From a virus (Duplodnaviria; Heunggongvirae; Uroviricota; Caudoviricetes): DNA of 37,960 nucleotides. The notes under the pieces are model-generated. The model made no database searches and was not told the DNA's origin. It was given only the letters and a program-made list of their open reading frames with translations. Where the stretch lies: IMG/VR virus record IMGVR_UViG_3300026478_000263, one strand, 5' to 3'. The position numbers and the translations under genes were made by a program. Each line of letters opens with the position of its first letter. Position 1 is the stretch's first letter. Positions 8,315 to 18,575 of this stretch are shown here, piece after piece.

Positions 8315-9937
8315 ATGGGTGTAAGAAATCCTAACTCGACAGACTACGTCCACTCGGACGAACCAAACCTTCTAAACCTACACAAGGCCATGGAGTACGA
8401 CTTGGCTGGTAAGCCAATGATTCGTGTAGCGGCTAAATTGTCAGGGCCTAGTGTTGCCGGTCAGGTATCTGCTTTTGGCGAACCATTAGCAATCACTCCT
8501 ACTGCTGTTATACAATTAGATGGTATATATGGCGCCACAGCAGATGTTATACAAACATACACAAACGGTACAGGATCTAGTGCCGGTTCAGTAGATCAGA
8601 TGTTTAGAGTACACTCAGGAACCACAGCAGGTGGTTATGGTGTATTGCGTAGCAAACGTTTTGTTCGCTATCGTCCAGGACAGGGCATTATAAGTCGTAT
8701 GACCGCAGGTTTTACTACGGGCGTTGCAGGCAGTAGTCAGTTTGCTGGTTTAGCCAATCAAGAAAATCGTGTGGGCTTTGGCTGGAATGGCAATCGTTTT
8801 GGAGTTGTTCGAAGCACAGGCGGTAAGGCCACAATCTTAACATTAATTATAAACACGGCACCCAACGCTGGGCAGACTGCTACTATCACTCTTAACGGAA
8901 CGGCCTATACTGTAGCACTGACATCGGGCACAGCCGCACATGCAATTACAGAAATTGTTAACCGTGTAGGTGGATATGGTGGTTGGTTGATGCAACAAAC
9001 AGATGGCGCTATGATGTGGTTGGCACCTAGTCTAGGCCCGATGAATGGCACATTTAGTTTTAGCAGTACAGGCAATGCTACTGCTACATTTACTGTAAGA
9101 CAAGCAGGGTTGGCACAAACAGATAACTGGACCTATCAAGAAGATTGGAACATTGACAAACTAGATGGCAGCAATTCCATTGACTCTAATCCTAGTGGTA
9201 TGACTTTAGATCATACTAAACTTAATGTCTACCAAATTGCTATGCGCTGGTTAGGCGCAGGTGTAATCAGTTATGCTATAGAAGATCAAGATTCGGGAAC
9301 AATGATCTATGTACATCGCGAACACTATGTTAATCAACATACTACTCCTCATACTGCTAATCCAAGTTTTAAGATTACCTACAACGCTGTTAACACAACT
9401 AATACCACAGACATAAGTGTATATGGTGCTAGTATCTATGCCGCTGTCGAAGGTACAATTCACCTAAACGAACTCACACGCTCTTATTCAACAAGCAAAA
9501 CAGGCCTAGCAAAAGATATCATACATCATATAATGACTATTAAAAATGCTGTAGTCACTAACGGATTAGCAGGTGCTAACAACGGCAACTATATCATCAA
9601 TGCCAAAGAAGCCATTGTCAAAAGCATGAGCCTGTCAGTACAGAGCACAGACCCTGTGGAAGTTTACTTATACTTTGAACCAAGTAGTTTTTCAGGAACA
9701 CACGAATACTATGCTATTACTCGTTGCAACGAAGTTCGTAGTACAGTCACAGGAACATTTGATAACACTATAGATACTCCTATATATACAGGCTTTTGTG
9801 GTATTAACGGAACTATTAACATTGACCTAAGTGCTTATCGTATCACAGTTCCGCCAGGTAGTTGGTTAAGTATTGCTGTTAAAAGCACAAACAGTATTAG
9901 TCCTTGTATTGCAGGATTAGTATGGAGCGAGGATTAA
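8315..9937 (+). CDS. Putative virion structural protein
   Basis: 540 aa, G/T/S/N-rich beta composition, LRSKRFVRYRPGQG segment reminiscent of T4-like phage structural proteins; late promoter. Confidence 0.55.
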   Translation: MGVRNPNSTDYVHSDEPNLLNLHKAMEYDLAGKPMIRVAAKLSGPSVAGQVSAFGEPLAITPTAVIQLDGIYGATADVIQTYTNGTGSSAGSVDQMFRVHSGTTAGGYGVLRSKRFVRYRPGQGIISRMTAGFTTGVAGSSQFAGLANQENRVGFGWNGNRFGVVRSTGGKATILTLIINTAPNAGQTATITLNGTAYTVALTSGTAAHAITEIVNRVGGYGGWLMQQTDGAMMWLAPSLGPMNGTFSFSSTGNATATFTVRQAGLAQTDNWTYQEDWNIDKLDGSNSIDSNPSGMTLDHTKLNVYQIAMRWLGAGVISYAIEDQDSGTMIYVHREHYVNQHTTPHTANPSFKITYNAVNTTNTTDISVYGASIYAAVEGTIHLNELTRSYSTSKTGLAKDIIHHIMTIKNAVVTNGLAGANNGNYIINAKEAIVKSMSLSVQSTDPVEVYLYFEPSSFSGTHEYYAITRCNEVRSTVTGTFDNTIDTPIYTGFCGINGTINIDLSAYRITVPPGSWLSIAVKSTNSISPCIAGLVWSED

Positions 9938-9939
9938 TT

Positions 9940-10101
9940 ATGAGCGAAAACAACGACACGACTTATCAAAGATTAAAACCTAAATGTCAGTGCTGGTGCA
10001 CCGCACATTGCGGATTCAGTTGTATGACTGACGGCTGCGATTGCAACGAATGTGGTTGTTCGGATTGTTTAGATAAAAATGTCCAACGTAGCTCTAACTG
10101 A
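9940..10101 (+). CDS. Cys-rich metallothionein-like peptide (53 aa)
   Basis: ATG 9940 with SD gagga. CQCWCTAHCGFSCMTDGCDCNECGCSDC has 10 Cys and 1 His in 28 residues. Confidence 0.55.
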   Translation: MSENNDTTYQRLKPKCQCWCTAHCGFSCMTDGCDCNECGCSDCLDKNVQRSSN

Positions 10102-10720
10102 TAACAAATTTGACGCCAACGGTTATTGGGATAAACCTGTAGAAAAGATAGTTTATATCCCAACAGTAGAGGATGTTGCATTATTTGATCAGAACGGTTA
10201 TGACCTAACTGATCTCGAAAAGCACTATGCCTACAGTAATTGGACCAAACCAAAGAAGCATAGGGAACATCGCACAGCACTTAAACAGCCGTGGTTTACT
10301 CAGGAACATACAATAGAAGGCAGTGTATTAAATCACAGTCTATTATTCGAACGTAAAGGTTACGCAGGAGCCGCCTTAGAAGAACTACAGTACTGGGCAA
10401 AAAGTTTACCCTTAATACATAAAGTTATAGCTCTAAGACCCAAATGGGGATTAGATTTTAGCATGGACTATGTAGATCAACAGGGCAACGCACTTGAAGT
10501 CCTACACTGGGAATGGGATAGTTTTGACTATGCGGAAATTGAATCTGTACGTGAAACTATAGAACCTGTGTTGTTGGCTATAGATTGGGAAGATGCTGGT
10601 AAGCAGATACTAGCACATAAAAATTCTTGGCATCACTTGGATTTCTTTGCACAGAGTCGCTGGAAATGCGAATATTTCGGCATTCCTGAAGAAAGATTTA
10701 AAATGGTTGCGTGGAACTAA
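10079..10720 (+). CDS. Hypothetical protein
   Basis: 213-aa ORF with native codon usage; no recognised motif. Confidence 0.7.
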   Translation: MSNVALTDNKFDANGYWDKPVEKIVYIPTVEDVALFDQNGYDLTDLEKHYAYSNWTKPKKHREHRTALKQPWFTQEHTIEGSVLNHSLLFERKGYAGAALEELQYWAKSLPLIHKVIALRPKWGLDFSMDYVDQQGNALEVLHWEWDSFDYAEIESVRETIEPVLLAIDWEDAGKQILAHKNSWHHLDFFAQSRWKCEYFGIPEERFKMVAWN

Positions 10721-10723
10721 ATA
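10718..10723 (+). promoter_or_regulatory. Late promoter core, 5 nt before ATG 10729 (leaderless)
   Basis: cTAAATA-attgt-ATG. Confidence 0.6.
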
Positions 10724-10728
10724 ATTGT

Positions 10729-10935
10729 ATGAGAGCCGCAGAATTCCTAAGATCACTAGCAGATATAATTGATGCACTAGACGATAACTCTAGTGATAAA
10801 CAAAGCCACGATGCCGAAGAAAAAGACCCAGATCCTGTAATGGTTCCGCCATTACAACAGCATTTAGAGCTGGACAAAGCAGAACAGGGCAAAGACAGTC
10901 CTGTTATTCAAAAACTTACACGTAGCGAACACTGA
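10729..10935 (+). CDS. Small acidic hypothetical protein (MRAAEFL N-terminus)
   Basis: ATG 10729 after TAAATA-N5; 68 aa. Confidence 0.6.
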   Translation: MRAAEFLRSLADIIDALDDNSSDKQSHDAEEKDPDPVMVPPLQQHLELDKAEQGKDSPVIQKLTRSEH

Positions 10936-10946
10936 TACGTTTTACG

Positions 10947-10952
10947 GTAAAT
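10947..10952 (+). promoter_or_regulatory. Late promoter core for the tail fibre gene
   Basis: ggTAAATAc upstream of ATG 10975. Confidence 0.55.
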
Positions 10953-10974
10953 ACATTAAACGTGAGATAGTTTA

Positions 10975-13900
10975 ATGTCATTTACACAAGATTTCCGAAC
11001 CCAACGAAGAAACTACGAAGACGGCGACACCCGTATAGGTGAAAAAGACCGTCTTTGGTACGATGGAATAACCAATACAATACGCATCTCTGACGGTGAA
11101 ACTCCGGGCGGTTTAGCCGTAGGCGGAGCGGGCGGCAGTAGTTATGTGCTACCTACAGCAACTACCACAGTTAAAGGTGGTATTAAGATTGATGGCACAA
11201 CTATTGCTATCGATAACAGCGTTATCAGTGTAGGCACAGTTCCCTACTCTAGTATATCAGGTGCCCCTACAGTTCCAACAAATGTTAGCCAACTTACAAA
11301 CGACACAGGATTTATCACAGGTGTAAGTTGGGACGCAGTCACAGGCAAGCCTTCACTATTCAGTGGTGCTTACGCCGACTTAACTGGCAAGCCTACAAAT
11401 GTTAGCTCATTTACTAACGACAGCGGATACCTAACATCCAGTTCATTATCAAGTTATGCTACACAAAGTTATGTAACCAGTCGCGGCTATATTACATCAG
11501 CAAGCATACCTACAGCAGTTAGCCAACTGTCAAACGACAGCAACTTTCTAGTTCAAAGTAATTTTGATCTAAACACTATCAATCTTGATGCTAATGGCAA
11601 GTTACACACTACAGGTATCCTCCCTGGCGATGCTGATGGATTCACAGCAGTATTCGCAGGACGTGCGGCAGGTGTGGCAGCACTACCAAATACAGTTATC
11701 CAAAGTCAAGCACAGGTCAACGACTACGCACAGAATAACTTCCAAAATACCAGCGACGGTGCTCACTCAAGTACAGAATGGGTAGCAACAAGTCCTAATG
11801 GCAGTGACACAGACTACTACATTGACATGGGTATCAACGGTGCGAGCTGGGATGGTACAGCAGAGAATAGCCTATATGACAACGTGGGACAACGTGATGG
11901 TTGGTTGTATGTTCAAGGTGGCAATGCTGGCGGAGGTAATCTAGTATTAGGTACAAGTATTGCTAATACCTACACAAAGATTGTAGCAGGCAATGTAGCC
12001 ACAGGCGATAGAGAAGTCATTCGATTTAGTAGTACAGAAGTTAAACTGAGCAAACAGTTAACATTCAACGACAACACTACACAGACAACAGCGTGGTTAG
12101 GAACATACAGTTGGAATGATTTAACCGATGCTCCAACTATTCCATTAGATACCGGCGACTTAACTAACAACGCAGGATTTATTACCAGTGCCGCATTATC
12201 TGGCTATGCTACTTTAACTGGCGAAGAAACACTAACCAATAAAACATTTACCAGTCCAACAATTAACAATCCAACCTTCAACGGTACATTTGCTTTTGAA
12301 AGTAATAACACTAACCAACCGGCTATGACATTGACAGCCAGTGTCTTACAGGATGGTGTTGGTATTCTTCGTGTTATTGGTAGCGAACCAGATATTAACT
12401 TTAATCAAGTTTCGGCTAGTCCAGGATTTAATACATTTACATTTGAATGGAACGGAGATCCTAAACTGGCAATGGGTCGCAGAAACGATCACAGTTTCTA
12501 TATTACTCGCAACGATGGTGCTTGGCACGACAACGCATTTGTCTTAGACTATGCTACTGGTGTACTGTCAGTAGAGTCTGGTATCTCTGTTCCAAGCATA
12601 AACTTTGCTGACGAAACTACACAGACAACTGCTTGGACTGGCTCTGTTGATTGGGCCAACGTAACTAATCAACCAACACTGACTACATCCTTGTCAGCAC
12701 TGACAGATGTTAACGTCACAGGTGCTATCACAGGACAAGTATTAACCTATGACTCTGTTACACATAGTTGGATACCAGGCGGATCGGGTGGAGGTGCTAC
12801 AGGTGCTCTAGGCTACTACGGTAGTTTCTATGATGTCACAGCACAACAGTCTAACGCAGGTGCTACCAGTGCTAACCTAGTATTAATTGGCGGAACTTAT
12901 GAAGCCAACGGTATTACAATACAGAACGGATCTAAGATCACGTTCAGTTATGCTGGCACATATTCTATCGTATTCAGTTTACAGTTTGTCAATGACAATG
13001 CCGCAGAACAGGATGTCAGTGTTTGGTTAAAGACTACAGTCAATGGTGTTACTTCAAACGTAGATGACAGTACAGTGGTTTATACTATCGATGCTGATAC
13101 AGGATCATTGGGCAAGTTGGTTGCTATCAATCCGTTCATTCTAACTGTTGAAGCAGGAGAACAGATACAGATATATTGGCAGAGTCCTAGCACTGATGTT
13201 TACCTTAAGACCATTGCCGCACAAACAAGTCCTTCAGTGCCACGAGCCCCGGCAGTTATTCTAACAGTTGAACAAACATCTAGTATCGTAGTTCCAGACA
13301 GTATTGCTGGCAATGCTGCCACCGTGACTAATGGTGTTTACACTACAGGAAGTTACGCTAATCCAAGTTGGATTACCAGTTTAGCAGGTAGTAAGGTTAC
13401 TAATGCTGTTCTAACCACAGACACTGGTACTGTTACTAATACTATGTTGGCCGGCAGTATTGCCAATAACAAGTTAGCCAACAGCACAATCACAGTTAAT
13501 GGAACAAGTATAAGTTTAGGTAGCAGTGGCACAGTCAACACAGCCAACGCACTAACTATCGGTAGAGGCTTAACAGGCACAGCCAGCACCTTCAATGGTA
13601 GTGCCGCAGTCACAGTTAGTTTGGATACAAGTACTACTACCGTTGTGGCAACAGCAGGTGCTACTACAACATTAGATGCCGCAACTATAACTAGATATTA
13701 CAATGTTACAGGATCAATAAGCGGTACACACATATTCAAACTGCCAGACTTGACTACGCTAACTGCTGGGCAACAGATTACATTCTTTACTTCGGCAGCA
13801 ACTATAACTTATCAGTTGAGTACCGGCACACAAATAGTTTCTAATACTATAGCGACAGCAAGACAAACTACATTCACCGTAGTCAGCACAGCATCTAACG

Positions 13901-16900
13901 CAACTGCTAACTTGTCTTATACACAGTTAGTGAGTGGATTGGTTGGAACAGGTACATCATTAGTTACTAACTCAAGTCCAAGTATTAGTACTGCTTACAT
14001 TACTAACCTTGACAGCACAACCAGTACCAATGCTTATGCCTCAACACCTTCTTTAACATTGGGTCCTAGTAGTAGTGTTTTTAATCACACACTAAACATT
14101 CTTACCGCGGCAACGGGTGCTACCTATGTTAAGAATTTAAACATTGGCACAAACTTAGCAGGCGGTACAAGTACTATTAACATTGGTACGGGTGTTACAA
14201 GTGGTACTGCTACACTTAACTTAGGTAGTGCTACAACTACAACAACTATGAACGGTGCTGTGACTATCACAAGTCTAACAGCAACTAACAGCATTGTAGG
14301 TAGCATTACAGGCAATGCCGCAACAGCAACTAAACTAGGCACAGCAAGAACAATTAACAATGTGAGCTTTGACGGCTCTGCTGGCATTACTGTTACAGCC
14401 AGTACAACTAACGCACTAACTATTGGCAGTGGATTGAGTGGTACAAGTTTTGATGGTAGTACCGCAGTTACTATCGCTGTAGACTCAACCGTAGCCCTAC
14501 GAGCAGACACGCACTACATTGGTACAACCAGCATAGCACTAAACAGAACAAGTGCTAGCCAAACTTTAACAGGTGTAAGCATTGATGGCAATGCCGGTAC
14601 AGTAACTGATGGAGTCTACACTACAGGAACATACAGTAACCCTGCGTGGATAACAAGCCTAGCCTACAGCAAACTAACTGGTACACCTACATTGTTTAGT
14701 GGCAGTTACACAGACTTAACAAACAAGCCAACTATCTACTCTAGTGCTTATATTGGCACAACCAGTTTAGACTTTACAAGACTAAGTGCTAGCCAAACAC
14801 TAACTGGTGTAAGCATTGATGGTAATGCGGCAACAGTTACCAACGGATTATACTCAACAGGATCGTATGCTAACCCTGCCTGGATAACAAGTCTTGCCTA
14901 CAGTAAGTTAACTGGTGCTCCTACAGTTCCAACTAACGTTAGCCAACTGACTAACGACAGTGGCTATGCTACTCTAACTGGTGCTGAAACATTAACCAAC
15001 AAGACATTAACACTACCAACGATAGGTGGTACTGGCGCTACGTTCAACGGCAGCTCAAGTGGTACTACAGTAGTAAAAGCATCAGCAGCCGCAGGTACTA
15101 CAACTATTACTTTACCAGCAACTACAGGCACAGTAGTTACTACAGGTGATACTGGTACTGTTACAAATACAATGTTAGCAGGATCAATCGCCAATGCTAA
15201 ACTAGCCAACAGCACTATATCTGGTGTAAGTCTGGGCAGTAACTTAAATGCCTTAACTATTGGCACAGGATTAAGCGGCACAACTTATAACGGTAGTTCA
15301 GCAGTTACTATCGCTATTGATTCAACAGTAGCAACCCTAACTGGTAGCCAAACACTAACCAACAAAACTATTGCTCTAGGTTCTAATACAGTCAGCGGAA
15401 CCACTGCTCAGTTTAACTCAGCACTGACTGATGGAGATTTTGCTACACTGGCGGGCAGTGAGACACTGACTAACAAAACGCTGACATTACCAACCATAGG
15501 TGGTACTGGTGCTACATTCAACGGATCAACAAGTGGCACTACTGTATTGAAAGCAAGTGCGGCTGCTGGTACAACTACTATCACAATGCCAGCAACAACT
15601 GGTACAGTGATAACAACTGGTGACACAGGTACAGTAACTAATACTATGTTGGCTGGATCAATAGCCAACAGCAAACTAGCCAACAGCGCAGTCACAGTTA
15701 ACGGTACAAGTATTAGTCTAGGCTCTAGTGCTACTATTGAAGTCAACAGTATCAAAGCCAGTGGCTTTACTAGTTCGTTAGGCTTTGATGGCGCCGGCAG
15801 TTTAATCTTATCTAACACAAATACATTTAGACAAGCAACTGGTTTAACAATCCAAACAGGCGGCCCAGCACCATACTATGAATGGAAGTTTAACAACGAT
15901 GGAACCACAACTCTGCCTAGTAATACTCTTGACAGCGGCACTAACAGTATTGGCGTAAAGAGCAGTGGTGATACATCTAGTTCTAATTTGTATTGGAAAG
16001 CCACTACTATTGGAGCAGGACTTCCTTTTGACAGTTATGTAACAACTGATACTTCAGGTGTTACTCTTTATGTGTCATCAGGAACAGCAAGTGTAAGGTC
16101 TATCAAGACTTGGGTATTTGACAAGGCTGGACAGATAACATTCCCAGATAGTACTGTACAAACAACAGCCTATACTGGTAATGCTACTACAGCAACTACT
16201 CTACAAACTGCTCGTAATATTAACGGTGTAAGTTTTAATGGTAGCGCAAACATTACCGTTACAGCAGCCGCAGATACTCTAACTGGCGTAACATTAAAAT
16301 CTACTGTGGTAAACAGTAGTTTGACTAGTGTAGGAACATTAACTGGTTTAACATCTAGTGGTGCAGTTAGCATTACAGATACTACTAACAGCGCAAACAC
16401 AACAACTGGAGCATTGAAAGTATCTGGTGGTGTAGGTGTTGCTGGTAACATATATCTTGGTGGCGGTATCAACTCAGTTGGCACTATCTATGCCGGCGGG
16501 TTCTCTACCAGTACCGGCGATGTTACAGCACAGAATTTATTAACCGGAAACACTAGTGCTAATATCTTTAACACAACAGCAACTACCGTTAACTTTGCAG
16601 GTGCCGCAACTACTCTAAACATTGGCAACAGCAGTGGCACTACAAACATTGCCAGTGCTGTTAAAGCGGGCACTGGTACATACACCAAAACACTGGGCAC
16701 TGGTGATATTGCCCTAGACAACGGCACTACAGACACTCCGGGTGTGTTGATGTATTATGCCAACAATAATAACTGGGCTGTTGATAGTTACAACGGGTCA
16801 TTCACTGTCCTAAGCGGACAACTGTTCCGTGTGACTAACAACCTAAATGAAAGTGGCGGCGCAGTAAAGATGGCTGTAGATACTACAGGTAACTTGGCCA

Positions 16901-17370
16901 CTACTGGATTTATACAAGCAGGTGCTTGGAGAGCTGGACAAGTCATCAAAGATACTATGTTGAACAACAGCGAGTTTACTGTTAATAATACTACAGTGGC
17001 TACTAGCACCAGCGACACAGATCTTCTTACCTACAGTTATACACCGACCAGCAATTCAAGTTACTTGATCATACACGTTCACGTGGCAGACTATAGAGCG
17101 GCATCAGATAGTGGTGGTGCTGGTACAGACAGTTATTTTTCTCGTATCAAAGTAGATGGTTCTGAAATAGTCTACGCTCGTCAAATGACAAGAAGTAATG
17201 AAAGCGGTAGAACAGGTAATTTATTTCCGCTAACGGGTAGATATACAAATTCAAGTACCACAGCAAAGACTATTACCGTTGGTGTTCGTAGAGACTCAGC
17301 GGACGATAGCATAACCGTTACAAATTCATCAACAGCACTAACACTTCGTATTACAGAGATCGCTCGATAA
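10975..17370 (+). CDS. Long tail fibre / receptor-binding virion protein (2131 aa)
   Basis: Mtd_N-like start (GEKDRLWYDGITNTIRISDGETPGG); T/S/G/A-rich; recurring fibre motifs (SQLTNDSG, TLTNKT, TARTINNVSFDGSA, GALKVSGGVGVAGNIY); internal duplications. Confidence 0.85.
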   Translation: MSFTQDFRTQRRNYEDGDTRIGEKDRLWYDGITNTIRISDGETPGGLAVGGAGGSSYVLPTATTTVKGGIKIDGTTIAIDNSVISVGTVPYSSISGAPTVPTNVSQLTNDTGFITGVSWDAVTGKPSLFSGAYADLTGKPTNVSSFTNDSGYLTSSSLSSYATQSYVTSRGYITSASIPTAVSQLSNDSNFLVQSNFDLNTINLDANGKLHTTGILPGDADGFTAVFAGRAAGVAALPNTVIQSQAQVNDYAQNNFQNTSDGAHSSTEWVATSPNGSDTDYYIDMGINGASWDGTAENSLYDNVGQRDGWLYVQGGNAGGGNLVLGTSIANTYTKIVAGNVATGDREVIRFSSTEVKLSKQLTFNDNTTQTTAWLGTYSWNDLTDAPTIPLDTGDLTNNAGFITSAALSGYATLTGEETLTNKTFTSPTINNPTFNGTFAFESNNTNQPAMTLTASVLQDGVGILRVIGSEPDINFNQVSASPGFNTFTFEWNGDPKLAMGRRNDHSFYITRNDGAWHDNAFVLDYATGVLSVESGISVPSINFADETTQTTAWTGSVDWANVTNQPTLTTSLSALTDVNVTGAITGQVLTYDSVTHSWIPGGSGGGATGALGYYGSFYDVTAQQSNAGATSANLVLIGGTYEANGITIQNGSKITFSYAGTYSIVFSLQFVNDNAAEQDVSVWLKTTVNGVTSNVDDSTVVYTIDADTGSLGKLVAINPFILTVEAGEQIQIYWQSPSTDVYLKTIAAQTSPSVPRAPAVILTVEQTSSIVVPDSIAGNAATVTNGVYTTGSYANPSWITSLAGSKVTNAVLTTDTGTVTNTMLAGSIANNKLANSTITVNGTSISLGSSGTVNTANALTIGRGLTGTASTFNGSAAVTVSLDTSTTTVVATAGATTTLDAATITRYYNVTGSISGTHIFKLPDLTTLTAGQQITFFTSAATITYQLSTGTQIVSNTIATARQTTFTVVSTASNATANLSYTQLVSGLVGTGTSLVTNSSPSISTAYITNLDSTTSTNAYASTPSLTLGPSSSVFNHTLNILTAATGATYVKNLNIGTNLAGGTSTINIGTGVTSGTATLNLGSATTTTTMNGAVTITSLTATNSIVGSITGNAATATKLGTARTINNVSFDGSAGITVTASTTNALTIGSGLSGTSFDGSTAVTIAVDSTVALRADTHYIGTTSIALNRTSASQTLTGVSIDGNAGTVTDGVYTTGTYSNPAWITSLAYSKLTGTPTLFSGSYTDLTNKPTIYSSAYIGTTSLDFTRLSASQTLTGVSIDGNAATVTNGLYSTGSYANPAWITSLAYSKLTGAPTVPTNVSQLTNDSGYATLTGAETLTNKTLTLPTIGGTGATFNGSSSGTTVVKASAAAGTTTITLPATTGTVVTTGDTGTVTNTMLAGSIANAKLANSTISGVSLGSNLNALTIGTGLSGTTYNGSSAVTIAIDSTVATLTGSQTLTNKTIALGSNTVSGTTAQFNSALTDGDFATLAGSETLTNKTLTLPTIGGTGATFNGSTSGTTVLKASAAAGTTTITMPATTGTVITTGDTGTVTNTMLAGSIANSKLANSAVTVNGTSISLGSSATIEVNSIKASGFTSSLGFDGAGSLILSNTNTFRQATGLTIQTGGPAPYYEWKFNNDGTTTLPSNTLDSGTNSIGVKSSGDTSSSNLYWKATTIGAGLPFDSYVTTDTSGVTLYVSSGTASVRSIKTWVFDKAGQITFPDSTVQTTAYTGNATTATTLQTARNINGVSFNGSANITVTAAADTLTGVTLKSTVVNSSLTSVGTLTGLTSSGAVSITDTTNSANTTTGALKVSGGVGVAGNIYLGGGINSVGTIYAGGFSTSTGDVTAQNLLTGNTSANIFNTTATTVNFAGAATTLNIGNSSGTTNIASAVKAGTGTYTKTLGTGDIALDNGTTDTPGVLMYYANNNNWAVDSYNGSFTVLSGQLFRVTNNLNESGGAVKMAVDTTGNLATTGFIQAGAWRAGQVIKDTMLNNSEFTVNNTTVATSTSDTDLLTYSYTPTSNSSYLIIHVHVADYRAASDSGGAGTDSYFSRIKVDGSEIVYARQMTRSNESGRTGNLFPLTGRYTNSSTTAKTITVGVRRDSADDSITVTNSSTALTLRITEIAR
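14515..14916 (+). repeat. Two 168-nt (56-aa) direct repeats in the fibre gene (14515-14682, 14749-14916)
   Basis: YIGTTS..RxSASQTLTGVSIDGNA..V..G.Y.TG.Y.NPAWITSLAYSKLTG twice; much of the divergence is at third codon positions. Confidence 0.9.
14968..15687 (+). repeat. Two 246-nt (82-aa) direct repeats in the fibre gene (14968-15213, 15442-15687)
   Basis: ATL.G.ETLTNKTLTLPTIGGTGATFNGS.SGTTV.KASAAAGTTTIT.PATTGTV.TTGDTGTVTNTMLAGSIAN.KLANS twice; partial third copy near 13.42-13.53 kb. Confidence 0.9.
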
Positions 17371-17371
17371 C

Positions 17372-17377
17372 TAAATA
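17372..17377 (+). promoter_or_regulatory. Late promoter core for the nuclease gene
   Basis: cTAAATAa, then SD aagga and ATG 17404. Confidence 0.6.
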
Positions 17378-17403
17378 ATAGCACTTAATTACTAAGGATT
17401 ATT

Positions 17404-18213
17404 ATGAAGAAGTTATTATTATTGTTAGCGTTTGTTTCAACCCAAGTGTTTGCCTGGGAACAACGTGCTCCACTACCAGTACAAGCCTGTCAAGTACACA
17501 GTCCTTACGGCTTTGCTCAAACACAACGACAAGTTGCTCCAATTTGCCGCGAAGCATATCTAGTAGCATACGATGCTCCTGTTAAGATTCCTGCTTATGT
17601 AGCATACACATTACTTCCACAAAATGCTTTAGGATGCTTTCCACGTACGAACGCATTCGTTGCGGATCAGTCAGTTCCTGGGGGTGCTACTCCTAATGAC
17701 TACGCAGGCACAGGCTACGACAAAGGACATGCCGCTCCCGATGGTGACCTAAGTTGGTCACAGATCGTGGAGTATGAGAGTTTCCTAATGACCAATATGT
17801 ATCCACAACACGGCAGTTTAAATCGTGGAATTTGGAAACTACTGGAAACTTCAGTACGTGGGTGGGCGGTACAGCAGAATCGTCCGTTTACAATATACGT
17901 TGGAGCATTTTATGGCGCTGGTGACGGTGTAATTGGCAATGGCGTTATTGTTCCACATGGCTACTACAAGATTGTTATTGATCAACAAACAGGTGCTATT
18001 GCTGGTTGGGCTTTCCCACACACTAAACCATATGTTAATCTTGGCAACGACTTGACCAAGTTCCGTGTACCAGTAGCACAAATACAACAACAAGCAGGCG
18101 TTACATTCAAGTATCCTGCTAACGCAAAAGAACTACAACCTGGACAAGAATGGCCTGTGGACTACGGTGCGTTAACTAATGCTAAACGTGCTAAGTGCGG
18201 CAAAGCAGATTAA
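17404..18213 (+). CDS. DNA/RNA non-specific endonuclease (Endonuclease_NS, Serratia/NucA type) with signal peptide
   Basis: MKKLLLLLAFVSTQVFA|WE signal; YDKGHAAP (DRGH-like); SFLMTNMYPQHGSLNRGIWKLLE; VPHGYYKIV. Confidence 0.9.
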   Translation: MKKLLLLLAFVSTQVFAWEQRAPLPVQACQVHSPYGFAQTQRQVAPICREAYLVAYDAPVKIPAYVAYTLLPQNALGCFPRTNAFVADQSVPGGATPNDYAGTGYDKGHAAPDGDLSWSQIVEYESFLMTNMYPQHGSLNRGIWKLLETSVRGWAVQQNRPFTIYVGAFYGAGDGVIGNGVIVPHGYYKIVIDQQTGAIAGWAFPHTKPYVNLGNDLTKFRVPVAQIQQQAGVTFKYPANAKELQPGQEWPVDYGALTNAKRAKCGKAD

Positions 18214-18575
18214 CTGTAAATTTGTCTATATTTGAGTAATGCTAGTTGGCGAGCTAAAAACAATCGCCAACGAACATTATCACTGATACCGTCTTCGTGT
18301 TCAATCTTGTTTAAATCCCTACGACGATAACTGGTGATAACATCATCAATTTCTAGGAAATCTCCGTCCCAATCAGAGACAAAGATTTTATGTGGATGTC
18401 CAACAAATATCTTAGGTTTTTGGATTTTCGGTAGATTTACACGGACCTGTGCGCTTCGTATCACAGTCGGGTGTTGGGCAACGGAGACTGAATGGGTCGG
18501 GTTTTTCAAGCTCGTATTTGCCAGGCTTAATGTCAAACTTGTTGTCAACGCAATGAATACTACTAAGCGTTTCAT
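18210..18575 (-). CDS. Hypothetical exported protein
   Basis: MKRLVVFIALTTSLTLSLA signal-like start, SD gagga; stop overlaps the nuclease stop (shared TTAA). Confidence 0.6.
   Translation of the reverse strand: MKRLVVFIALTTSLTLSLANTSLKNPTHSVSVAQHPTVIRSAQVRVNLPKIQKPKIFVGHPHKIFVSDWDGDFLEIDDVITSYRRRDLNKIEHEDGISDNVRWRLFLARQLALLKYRQIYS

Noticed and set aside
10975-17370. Diversity-generating retroelement suggested by the Mtd_N-like start and internal repeats
   Set aside because: No reverse transcriptase in the window; repeat differences are mostly synonymous rather than adenine-specific; no C-terminal CLec/VR recognised.
13353-17384. Many V/L/P-rich minus-strand ORFs (66-136 aa) opposite the tail fibre gene
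   Set aside because: Antisense shadows of T/S/G/A-rich RNY-biased coding; no SD or promoter, low complexity.
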